Assembly (NCBI GenBank): GCA_002189035.1 | Contig: NEEC01000008.1 | Span: 1,550,001 to 1,614,000, forward strand | Length of the DNA stretch: 64,000 nt | Origin: Utricularia gibba | Lineage: Eukaryota; Plantae; Magnoliophyta | Reading direction: 5' to 3' | In this document: in pieces, positions 1 to 11,555 of the stretch | How the letters are laid out: each line of letters starts with the position of its first letter | How positions within the stretch are numbered: the stretch's first letter is position 1 | The notes under the pieces: generated by a model | Database searches by the model: none | The model's input: only the letters and a program-made list of their open reading frames with translations | What the model was told of the DNA's origin: nothing | Made by a program: the position numbers and the translations under genes

Positions 1-865
1 TGTGTTGACGGAATCGTAGGCGGATGCGGGATGCCGTTATCGCGGCCGTCGATAGCGACGGATGGTATGCTGCCGGTATACGGCGGCGAGGTGTGTGAGA
101 CGACTGTGTATCCACTGCCGGCGGTTAATTCAGGGAGTGCTGCGGTAGCGCTCCCATCGAGGAAGAGGTGTCGAGAAAGTGCGATTCCGGGGAACTTGTC
201 GTTTCTGGGCGATGATCGTGATCTCTCGCTTCTTCTTCAACTGCAGCAGATGGAGATGAATCGGCTAATTGCTCATCATGTGAGTTTTTCTTGCTATTTT
301 TCGTAGAATTTATCTCGGTACGTTCCAACCAAAATTCGAGTTGAGAATCATATTGAACGCAGACGGAGAAATTGAGGGGGAAATTGACATGCGGCGGAGG
401 GATTGCTCACGGCGGATCGCCGATGCGGTGGAAGAAAGTCTAATGAAGAAACTGAGAGTCAGAGATGCAGAAATTGAGAAAATGGGGAAATTGAACTGGG
501 CTTTGGAAGAAAGAGTGAAATCCCTCGCACTCGAGAACCAAATTTGGAAAGAGTTAGCCTCGACGACCGAAGCAACGGCGAACGCCCTCCGCTGTACCCT
601 CCAGCAGGTTCTCGAACAAGTCCAAGAAGACAAGCCCAGCAATCAAAACAACGACGCAGAGTCGAGTTGCGGCAGCAGCTCCGCCGTGCACCCATCCACG
701 GATCGACGCCTCTGTACAAGCTGCCGGAACGAAGAACCCTCCGCACTCCTCCTCCCCTGCCGCCACCTCTCACTCTGCACCGTGTGCGCCGCGTCGCGCG
801 ACACGTGTCCCGTTTGTAACGCCGTTAAAACCGGCAGCATTTGTGTGAATCTCGCCGGCGTCTAG
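1..865 (+). CDS. BOI-related / S-ribonuclease-binding (SBP) family RING E3 ubiquitin ligase, 5' partial, 2 exons (1-279, 363-865), apparent -1 frameshift at 376-380
   Basis: Frame 1 is open from base 1 (...SFLGDDRDLSLLLQLQQMEMNRLIAHH) to a GTGAGT donor at 280. The acceptor AG is at 361-362. Exon 2 has the coiled coil KKLRVRDAEIEKMGKLNWALEERVKSLALENQIW and the C-terminal RING CTSCRNEEPSALLLPCRHLSLCTVCAASRDTCPVC. Confidence 0.9.
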
Positions 866-3610
866 TCGCCGGAAGTAAAAACCGCAGCGCTACAATTTCC
901 ACAGTTGAACAGACACAAATTTTAGATGAATTCCCTCCCAATGGTAGACGTCGTCGATACCTTTTCCCGTTGGAAACGCCCCTGTCTCGGAGGTGGCGCA
1001 CGTTAGCAAGCAGTCGATGTGGGGGTGGGCCCCGGTTGCAGGTAGTCAGCTGAAAGCGAAACATGCGTGCAGCGTGATCTCCGACACGTGGGACTCCCGT
1101 AAAATGTCTGCCCACACTGTACCTCGTGTGAGGCATAATTGTCCAAACGCCACCCACCTACGTAACACACACACAGATTATCTCTACCTCACCTTTATTT
1201 ATTTCATATTCTATTATTATTATTATTATTTTTAAACTAAAAAGAAATTGTAATGTACTCACAAAAATATCTGTCCTTATTTTCCGTGCCCCAACATCCT
1301 CATTTTTGTCATCAAATCAATTCAAAAGGCATCTCACCATAATTCAATTAGGAAAAGAATCATCACGATTCCCTAAAACGGCGTCGTTTTGGGGGAATCA
1401 TATATCCTTGTGTTTTGGCGCTTCTAATTACGCAATTAGGGTTTGTTGACCAAGAAAAAGGGGGAATGTAATCCCTTCCTTTCGAACTGATGCGGAGATG
1501 AGAATCCGGAACCATAATTGCAATGGCAAGTGCTGTCTCGCTTTCGTGTGGCGATGGGATCGAGACCACTCAATTTTTTCTCATTTTCTTACCCAAGATT
1601 CACGTCGATCGATTCCCTCAACCCGATCTCGTGTGCGGGTGAGTAAATATCCATATCCTTCCTTCGTCTCTTACACGCTGAAAAGCAGCAGCGCCGGGTT
1701 GTCGCGACGCGAGCTTGGCCTGGACTGGGGTGGTGTATGAATGAAGGAGGACAGACACGTGTTCCCCCCGGACGGAAGACGAAGTTAATGAGAATCACGA
1801 TACGGAAAGACGGTGGGCCCAGCGGCGACCACAATGGGAAACGAAACGAAAGGGCGTGCTATTGTCCGAACGAAGCTGTGGGTCCCACTAGATGATGACA
1901 TTCTGCCTCTTTTGGAGGGACGGGGAGGGGGCCATTTTCCCATTTCACCCCCCAGGCACGTGACTTGGTAATAAAATTATGCATCATTTACAGCTTCTTA
2001 GTTTGGGTGATAAAGAGAGGAGGAGGAGGAGGATGAGAGATGAAGCAGAGCGAATTAGGAAGGAGCATGCTGTGGTTGCTGTTGAAGCGCGGGGATCAGA
2101 ATCCAAAGAGTACCAGGAATGGACCTGCCGGTGGCCGTCCTCCAGCTCGGAGTCAGTCTCTGGGTCCCCCGCCCCCTCGCTTTATAATATTATATAATGT
2201 GAAGAGAAGATGGTGCTATTTTGCATAAAAATCTAAGTATATGAATAGATTATAAGGCAATGATTTTGGAAACATTATTCTATATTGGTTACGGATAGGA
2301 GAAGGTATGTGTTTAAATAGGTGAATTTTTCTAATTTGATATGAAACTTTTTTTAATAAAGAAAAATATGATACTGAATATTCAAAATAGATAATATTAT
2401 TTAAGAGTAGTATTCATCTAAAACATTATCATAGTAAAATGGACTTGCAGGGTTGGAGCCGATTCATTATTTCAACCACAACTAAATGTTGATTGATTAT
2501 TATAGGATTGGTAAACTCCATGGATGTGAGATAATTAACTTTCATAGAGTCTACGAGCAAGTTTCCTCACTCTCCAACAAGTTGTACATTTTCATTACCA
2601 CTTCATTACACTCTAATTGAAATTTAAGATTCGATGGGTCAGGTGAGTACATGTGAAATCCAAATATATAAAAAATATGGATCACATTAAAAAATTAGAT
2701 GTAAATAATTAATTGTGATCTGTAATTTTTTATATATTTGAATATTTCATTTTAATTTTTCGATATAGTATTATGTATTTTAATATTCTCATCAAACAAA
2801 TACTCCAATTAGAGATGCCTTATTTCATATGTTCTAATTGTTGGGGAATAGGAGAGATGGGGATGGATACATGGTGATGAGGTTGAAGAAAAGAATGGTC
2901 CAAAGTGAGACAACTACTAACAGAGTTGGCACCATATCTTTTCTTTGTTGTGATGAATCGATTTGGTTTGGAAAAGAAGATAAGGGAGATCTTTATTCCG
3001 TCTCACTCCACTCCAACCCACTACTCCCTTTCCATGATTTCCAACACAGTGTGGTGATGTTGCCATCCTTCACCAAAAGCAAAGAATCTGCTTTTGCTAC
3101 AATGTCAGGCTCTGAAGCATATTGAACACATAGTACAGGGTTTCTTTTGTTTTCTTGCAAGACACACACCCCACGTCCACAGACGTGACGACACACTTCC
3201 TTGTAGTAGCATCATTCTGTGTCCTTCCGGATGTTGAATGCAAAGAGATAGCGTGAGGAGACATCAAATTGTATTTGACTTCGCTGCATGATGGATGAGT
3301 TTTTTTTGGAGTTGTGTCCGCACTTTCTTAGAAGGTAAGGGAGCTGGACTTTTGTGTGTGTGTGTGGAGGACATCTTCGTCTCCATCCATCTGTAGCGAA
3401 AGGATATCATCATCATCATGATTAGTATTAGGTGCCAATGGGTCCCTGCGTTGAGAAGACAAATGTGGCATAAATGAGGGGCCATTCAGAATGGGGTCAA
3501 ATGAAGACAGGAAGGGCGCAGGCGCAGGCAGAGGAATAGGGTTCTTGAAGCGACACATTACAAGAACATTTTATTATTCATCAGTCATCTTCCCTGCCAA
3601 CCCCCTTGTG

Positions 3611-3653
3611 ATGGATGGATGGATGGAGGGAGGGAGGGAGGGAGGGATGGATG
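3611..3653. repeat. Compound (ATGG)n-(GGGA)n-(ATGG)n microsatellite, polypurine-rich
   Basis: Sequence reads atggatggatggatggagggagggagggagggagggatggatg, with five GGG tracts at 3628-3646. Confidence 0.9.
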
Positions 3654-5788
3654 CTCTGTAGGTGGCCATGGATCTGGACCACCAAACCTGATGCTGAATT
3701 AATAAAAAGAAGGAAAGGAAGATAAGGTGGAGTGTGGGGTTGAAGATTCTGTGTTGTGCACCTGCCATGTGTTACACAAGTCCATTGCAAATCTTGTCTG
3801 CTCTCTTCTTATCTTTGAAAGCAGCCCCAGATTCACAACTCCATCACTCAACCAGGAAATTCAGATGGGGGAGGGGCCACCATGCAGGAAGAAAGAAGCC
3901 CTCATTCAAATCAAAGACATGGCAAAGGAACAAAAGAAATGCAAAGTTATTGACTTTTGACCTCTTACCACCATTATCATCAGCATCATCACCCACCCAA
4001 TGAAATCAAGACCACCTACCTCCATTATTGATTTCCATGAGAAACATGGGTGTTTGCAGGTTACAGTTGTGGTGCGAATGCTGATATTATTTCATGGTCA
4101 AATAACACATGCCGGACGTATTTTCAATCTTGAATCATCAAACATCCTCACTAACGCTAAAAGATCTTTTTTTTTTTTTTTGTGGTACAAAGAGCTCTCC
4201 CATGAGAAGAAGATCAGAATCAAAGGTACTCCAAAACGAATAAAGTCCAACATGCGCTGAATGGTAAAAAAAAAAAAAGTAAAAATTGCTTTCTGCACCA
4301 TAAACATACAGTGTATGATTGCAAATAGTACACGAGGGGGAGAAATAATATGAGAGGTGAAAAGCTTTTTAACCAAAGTGGGTGGATAAGAAGGGAAGGG
4401 TTAAATGCCAGAATATTAAGTACTGGGGCCAAGGAGGGGAATAAATGGTAGTGGATGGAGGGAGTTCTATTGGCCCAGAGTCAAATAAGATTTCAGTCAG
4501 AACTAACTGGTAAAACTCTGATTCATAAGATTTATATTCACTGCAGTAATAATGACAAAACTTGTAATAATACAAAAGCAGGTCTCCTCCTCCTCCGGAC
4601 TCTGCTGCATGCCTTCTTTGAGATGCTAAACTCATGGAGAGAAAAAATCCATTACCGTAATGGCTTTTCTAGAAACCCCAGCAAAGCTTCTCTATTTTTT
4701 GGTTAAAATAATATCTCTTACATTTGCTGAGATGAAAATGCAGAAGCTTCTAGAGGGTTACCGGCCTCTGTGTTCAATTCAGAAAGCCTGTCAGGTTTCA
4801 TTGTCACAGGGAGGCCTAAGCCTAGAGATGGGCATCGAAGCATGTTTCTTTGTTATTGGTAGAGCAGAAGCCCAAATTCGACTTGCATGAAAGCTTGGCG
4901 TAGCGGGCCGAGGATGTGTTCTTTAGACATCAGCGGCCAAAACCTAAAAGCGAATGGGCGTACCAGAAGCCCACCAAGCGGGCATTCAAAGACTTCGAGA
5001 ACAAAAACAAAAACCTGAAGCATCTCATGTGTTTTCACCAACCAACGCACCCAGCACAAGCCAAGCATCAACGCTACATGCACAACCTTCAGAGGCATCA
5101 AGTGTTCAAAATGTGTGGCTATGGGATTTAAGGACGGACGGATCACAGAAGGGGTTCAAGGAGAAAGGAAGAGGTAGATCAACAACACTCAAGTTCACAT
5201 TGCTAAAGCAGTGATGAATCAATCTACCGACCAAGAGAAAAAACTACCCATTGGAAGATGACTTACAGTACAACCAGTGAAAAATCAACTGACCAGAACC
5301 AACGTTATAAGTTGACTACTAACAGGACAGCACAACCAGTGGAAAATCCAAAGCGATCGAAAGAATGCCATAAACTTAACATCTCGACGTTGATCGACAA
5401 AAACCGAGCAAACAAAATGACTGGACTGATGGGATCCTATCAGGAAAAACAAGCGCCTACAAATCATCACGTAGAATAGGAACACCCAACAATATAACAT
5501 CAGTACACAGATAAATACAAACAAATTGCAACACAATTGTTTCCAAAAAAAATACTGAGCAGGGAGAATGCGGTAATCATATAGGCTTTTCAAGCTGCAT
5601 TAGGCCAACTATTGGAAGAATTATGAACAAAGAAAGAGATTCCAGACAAATAAGATTGAAATTGAAATTGGTTCAACGATGACAATTTGTTCCACATCCA
5701 ACGATGGGAAATAAACACTCCATAAACGATCACAAATCCTCAATAAGCAAGATAGGTAAACAGGAAGATCCATATTACGAAGCGGGTC

Positions 5789-6196
5789 TCAAAACCTGAG
5801 CTTGGAGAAGAACCAACGATTCTTTCCGGTTTTGAACCTTTCTTCAAACCTGGACTTTATCTCCTTGCACGTAGTCTTCTTCTTGTCATGCCCAACGAGC
5901 GAATCGACCGTCACGACATCTTTGAGATCCACATCAAGGGTGTAACGCGTGGGCATGATGTGGTTGTAGTTGACCAGCTTGATGAACGCCTTAACGCGAG
6001 ACTTCTTCGCCTGTTTTTTCGCTGAATCCTTGCGAATCACCTTGCTCGGGTACTTTCCGATCCCGGCGACGAGGCAATGGCCGTAGGGGCGGTCGCGGGT
6101 CCCATCGTCGAAATTCTTCACAATCACCGCCTTGTGCCCGGCGAAGCGGCCCTGGAGAAGAATCACCGCCTTGTTTGGCTTCAGAAACTTCACCAT
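5789..6196 (-). CDS. RPL27: 60S ribosomal protein L27 (eL27), intronless, 135 aa
   Basis: [46 protein letters not shown]...[22 protein letters not shown] at 6196. Confidence 0.98.
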   Translation of the reverse strand: MVKFLKPNKAVILLQGRFAGHKAVIVKNFDDGTRDRPYGHCLVAGIGKYPSKVIRKDSAKKQAKKSRVKAFIKLVNYNHIMPTRYTLDVDLKDVVTVDSLVGHDKKKTTCKEIKSRFEERFKTGKNRWFFSKLRF

Positions 6197-6257
6197 TTCC
6201 TCTGCAAGACGAGCCACACACGATCCCTTCAAAGCTAGGTCTCAGAACATATCAGCA

Positions 6258-6344
6258 TTTATATAGTAGACATGCGAAACCCTAGGCTCTTCCGTAATGG
6301 GCCAAACCAATTCACATCGAGCTGCAAATCTTAGACCATGGGCC
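6258..6344 (-). promoter_or_regulatory. Ribosomal-protein-type promoter: TATA box, telo-box and two site II elements
   Basis: TATATAAA on the minus strand at 6258-6265, AAACCCTA at 6277-6284, and TGGGCC at 6298-6303 and 6339-6344. The telo-box plus site II pairing is the established module of plant ribosomal protein promoters. Confidence 0.8.
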
Positions 6345-8318
6345 ACAGTTACTTCTTTCTTATTCGGCCCACCTCAATTTTATCGGGCTGGTCCATTTAA
6401 TATCCAGAGGAGCATGTGTGTGTTGGACTATCTAATTGGGGAAAAAAATTTAAATTTTAGGTTTACTTATCAAATATGCCCGGACTAGAAAACCGGGTCG
6501 GGTAAACCCATGTCAACAATGTCAAGCATAAACCAATCAATGGGATGAAAGTTTTTTACATTCCAAAGGGACTTCTTGAGTAAAAAGCCATATAACTTTT
6601 TGTTGTTAGTATCTTTTATATTAGGGATTTGAAGGGTAACCCAAATTGGGATGCAACAGAACTTCCTGCAATTCGTCCCACGAAATAGATTTCAGCTATT
6701 GCAGTTTTATGTATTTGGATTTTACTAATCGACCTGTAAAAGAATTTTCCCCAAATTCAAAACTTTGGATTTCAGCAGTTGATGACTCTTTAACACTATC
6801 TTGACGTACAGCAGTTGGTGCCAGCTTATCAGCTGCAATCTGAAGCTGATCAGAACTTTGACAATGCCTGTTTGGAGTCTTGGAACTTTCAGAGCTTTGT
6901 CCTGTGTAGATGAATGCTGCCATCAACTACCAAAACCGGTGTAGCCAACTCGTAAGAGCAAGACCAAATCACTGGGCATCAACCCTTCTCTCAAGAAAAT
7001 ACCACAGACCAACAACCAATGCCAACAGAAAAAGAAAAAGACCATTAATGTCATCAGGAGGACAAAATATACCAGTCTCCAGAATCCAAGACCCATCAAC
7101 GAAAATCAACCGAAACCCACGAACACCCCAGCCCTTAATTCGAATTCAACACCGCGTAACAAAATTTTACAACCCAAGCAAACAAAAACAAACCACGAAA
7201 AGAAAAAAAGAAGAATCAATCGCTCAAGGATTCCAAAGCACGACCGAGTTCCCTTCACCCGCCTTTTTCCCCGCCAAAGCGAAACGACTGACAGTTGACA
7301 GTCAAAAAGGGCTAAGGCCATTTGAATAAGAGGCCAGCCCATACCTCGTGAATTGATTGTTTGTAGGCCCATTACTACAGATAACTGCCACAAACATTTA
7401 TGCATATCCCTTGTCGGGCCCCACTTTGCTGTATTTTTAAACTGCTTTTACTGTTATTTTTACTGAATTTACCTTCTTAATTAAATTTTCAAATTATGTC
7501 CATCATCAAGATGCGCATAAATAATAAAACACAAAAATAATAACTGCGGTAAACAAATGCAGCTCCTTTCCCATCTTCCAATAAAAATTTTCATTTTATA
7601 ATTATATTTCCCAAAAAACAGCCATAAATTTTTAATAGTCCCTTGCAATTATATTATAATAATGTTGCATATTTCTCCCATAAGGAGAAATTATTTTGAA
7701 GTAACATCTAAAATTAATAATATCACGAAAATAAGTGAAAATAAGAAGCGCTATTAATGTCACATTTGATACCACTCAAAATATATTTTTTACTATATAT
7801 GTAAACTGTTACCACAAATTTAAATTGCTAACATTATAATTATTTTAGAGACTTAGACTATTAACGAAAAATCCCAATCATATTACTATTAAGAAGTAAG
7901 GGATTATGCTCTAGAAATAGAAAAATTGTTCATTTTTTATCTAATGAGACATAAGTATAAATGATTCTAAAATGGTTTTTTTACTTAATATGAAAGATTT
8001 CTGTTTAAAAAAATATAAATTAAAAAATGTAACTTATATTATATTTGAAATATCTATTAAAAAACGATTTTAAAACCAGTGTCATGAACCTTGATTGCTT
8101 GAATCATCCATAAAACTGTTCATTTGTTGTTAGTGAAAGAAAATGAAATATAATCCAATTTTTGTTTTATTGTCAAATATTTGTGATTTATGTTTTAAAA
8201 AATAAGCTGTTTTCTAAGGACTCCATGTGTGCAATTGGTATAATAGGAGTTATTAGAGTTACAACCGAAAATCAAAAGATTGACAACTAATTTTCATAAT
8301 CATAAATAAAGAAATGTA

Positions 8319-8541
8319 AAGCAGTGTTTTGAAAAATTTTTAAGATCTGTTTTTATTTTTTAAAAATAATTTTGAAAATTAGAAATAAAAAGTAAAATTA
8401 ATCAATTCCTTATTTTTTTCAAAAATAATTTTTATAGTTATAATTTTAAAAATATTTTTGATAGAGTTAATTTTACAATTAAAATTATTTTTATTTTTGA
8501 AAAATAGAAATAAATTTTAAAAATTTTCTAAAACACTACTT
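8319..8541. mobile_element. AT-rich fold-back element, MITE-like (non-autonomous)
   Basis: AGTGTTTTGAAAAATTTT (8323-8340) is the inverted repeat of AAAATTTTCTAAAACACT (8520-8537) with 2 mismatches. It extends a few bases outward, and imperfect AT-rich symmetry continues inward. There is no ORF and no clear target-site duplication. Confidence 0.45.
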
Positions 8542-9301
8542 AAGTTTGATAATGTAACATATTTATTTTTTACAGGACCTATCAAAAGTTATTCATTTTA
8601 AATATCAACAGGATATTAACCGATACCGTTTATGATAATAATAGACGATATCCCATATATCATTATGGAAAGATGACGTTAGTAATTAGATGCGTCCAAT
8701 TTTTGATGTTCCAAAAAAAGGCGGTAATAAATAAAACGTGGGAGTTTGAATAAAGAAAAAAGGTGGTTGGGTAGTTAAGATAATTAAAAATTGATAAAGA
8801 GGGCGAGGGTGGGCGTGTACGGGCCCTGTACCCAACTGTAGCATTCATAAGCGGCAGCAGGGGAGGTGGGGAGGCCAGGCCGGGCCGGGCCGCGGATAAG
8901 GATCGCTCCCAATTAATAGTCATACCAAACAGTTTTTAATTACCTAAATATAATATGAATATTAATGATCCCCCCCGCCGAATTATTTAATACAATTACG
9001 CCTTGAAAACACGTCCGCTCATTTTGCCGTACCTTTGACTGATGTTGACGTGGCGGCTGGTTACTGGTTGAGGTTGAGAGCTGTCACCTGTGAAACCACC
9101 AGCGACTGGGCAACCATTCACTGTTCACCGCGAACTTCCATGGCTTATTTACGGTTCGACCGCGAGTAATGTTGATCAATGGGGGATTTTCGTTCCGCTC
9201 CGGGTATTTAAGGGTTGCGGAGGCTGGGTTTTGTGGGCTGTTATTGGCTGAGTTCTGTGGGTTGTTGGATAGTCCCGGAAGAGTTTTTATGAACTGCGAC
9301 C

Positions 9302-10506
9302 ATGGCGTCTGCGTGCGTGAACAGAATGGGAGTGCCGCCGGAGAGTTTTCTCGATTATGGCTCTGGGAAGTTCCAGCAGTGCGGTTGGTTGAGCCCCAGG
9401 ATGTCGTTCGGTCGGGAGGGTGGGGGTATGGAGCAGGGGAGTACTAACAAGCCTTCTTGGAAGAATCTGGTGGCGCCGGAGAATGAGGGCGCGTTGAGTG
9501 AGCAGAAACCAGATCCGGAAGTTTCAGGGGATGAGTTGGTGGATTTTGAGTTCCGTCTTGAAGATCCCATCAAAATGCTCCCTGCCGATGAACTCTTTTC
9601 CAACGGGAGGCTTCTTCCGTTGCATCTCGCGGCATTCAGGAATTCCGTTATGGCTGCTCCGGAGACGTCGTCATCGTTTGAAAATAGGTCGCCGGTGACC
9701 AAATGTTGCCCCTCAACGGATCCTTACTTGTTCTCCCCAAGGCACCAAGATGTGCTAGTCATTGGAAAGAGATTCTCGGCCTCAGAAAGCTGTATAAAAA
9801 CTCCAATCTCAAGCCGGTGGGGGATGAGAAAATAACGGCGGCCGCGGCTGCTTTGTCTTCTCACAAAACCGGAGCTAGGTGCCTAAAGCAGTTTCTCAAC
9901 CGGAGCTCCAAATCCTCACTTAACACGCCTACTGATTCATCCTTAAATCTTCCATTGCTGAAGGACTCTGACCAGGAATCTCTGACTATTTCCGCTCGCC
10001 TCTCCCTTTCCCTCTCCTCCAGCCATGACCACGATGAACTCCACTTTCACCGTTTCTCCGTAGATTCAGAAAAACCATGCGCCATCTCCCGAAAACCCCA
10101 CCAAACTACTCGCAATGCCACCAAAGTTCGAGTAGCAAAGACAGCAGTCCCTTCAAATCGGAACACAATGCTAAGAAATCCCGAATCCGCAGTGGCAATT
10201 CACAGTGTAGTTGTTGATAGCCCTCGAATGAATTCTTCAGGGAAGATAGTGTTCCACGGTTTGGAGCGAAGCTCGAGCAGCCCCAGCAGTTTCAATGGCG
10301 GACCAAGGTACAAACACCGCGGAATGGAGAGGTCCTATTCTGCTAATGTTCGAGTCACCCCTGTTCTAAACGTCCCCGTTTGCTCCTCCCTAAGAGGTTC
10401 CTCGAAATCTGGGGCCTTTGGCCTTCCCCTCTTCCAGAAGAAGGAAACTGGAAGCGGCACTGCTGGTAGAAACCGAGTTTCCATTCACATCAAGAACCGT
10501 AGTTGA
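9302..10506 (+). CDS. Uncharacterised Ser-rich plant protein (At1g79060/TPRXL-like family), intronless, apparent -1 frameshift at 9735-9738
   Basis: ORF 9302 (MASACVNRMGVSP-type start, GWLSPRMSF, PIKMLPADELFSNGRLLPL) joins ORF 9703 through the family motif PYLFSP-KAPRC. The C-terminal part has SSSSPSSFNGGPRYKHRGMERSYSANVRVTPVLNVPVCS. Confidence 0.8.
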
Positions 10507-11555
10507 ATTGAATAACCATTGGATTTTGACTGGTACTGCATCGTTTTCTACGTATTGTTGTTCAGGTTCTTGTTGCTTAGAAACAGATTCGTGGGGTTTA
10601 GTTAGATTTTCATTGAAGATCATCAAATTTTCTTTCCATGTAATTCAAGGAGGATAAAAACTGATGATGATCTTCAGTCTTCAGGCCTCTCTGCATCCTG
10701 TTTTAACTCTTTGTCCAACCTCTGCTGCTGGTTATCTTCAGTCACCTAACAAAGATACAATAAACAAATCCTGACCCTTAAAGATCAGGCCATTGGTGGG
10801 TCCTGGGATCAACCTCCCCATTTTCAAAGTAAACCTTGAAGAAAAAAAAAATCAACAACACGGCAAAAGGGAGGTTGTATGAACAGTTGATTTGCAAGAA
10901 AAAAAGAGTCTTTATAACAAAGGCTAAGCCTTTTTTGCCTCATATGTCTGTACGGTTTACATTTCAGCTTGAAATGCCTGTAGAATAAGCTGTGGGGCGA
11001 CTGGGAATCTCTGCTTTTGTGGTTGTAGTACTTAGAAAAGAAGAAACGTTGACGGTTGGTTCTGTGCTGTTCCTTTCTGTACAGAAAATGCCAACTCTGT
11101 CTGTGCCCTTGGCGATGCTTCGCCTTCTGTCGCTCGGAGCCACCGTCCTGTTGCTGTTCAGCAGCAACCTCAAACGCTTCTGTTCACTTTATGGCTCATC
11201 CATCTGCTGGTTTCTGTGTTTCTCCGTTCTCCGTCAAGAAAAGAAACGGAACAGCGTAACACAGGCATGAAGAATTAGTAGTGGACAACTCAAATCTCAA
11301 TCTCAGCCGTTGGTTTGCGCAGTATCATCCGACGGTTGGGACTGATTCAGGATATTTGTCTCGATTGTCCAGACGCTTCACGAGATTCCTCCGTTCCCCA
11401 CTTGGCCGTAACGTACCACGTGCGAAAAAGAGTTTATTGGAGAAAGTTGGGCCGGTGGTTATGATAAAGCCCGATTTGTTCAATATCGCGGATGGGCCAA
11501 TTTCAGCCCGATCGGCGGTTTGAAGCGACCGTTGGCGACGTGCGAGGGAGTGTCT

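Noticed and set aside
376-384. GGGAAAT as a programmed -1 ribosomal frameshift site explaining the BOI frameshift
   Set aside because: The heptamer is phased GGG AAA T rather than the required X XXY YYZ. The other frameshift sites have no slippery heptamer.
4452-4469. miR159/319-like TGGATGGAGGGAGTTCTA
   Set aside because: It needs an indel plus mismatches, and no complementary arm was found about 170 nt upstream.
5066-5086. miR397-like sequence on the minus strand (…TAGCGTTGATG)
   Set aside because: Only the 3' 10 nt match, the seed differs, and no star arm is evident.
5211-5292. C/D box snoRNA (GTGATGA…CTGA)
   Set aside because: There is no terminal stem and no rRNA or snRNA complementarity I could recognise in the guide positions.
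10964-11280. ORFs between the Ser-rich gene and the methyltransferase
   Set aside because: There is no good ATG, no recognisable motif, and overlapping short ORFs on both strands. It is treated as UTR or intergenic sequence.
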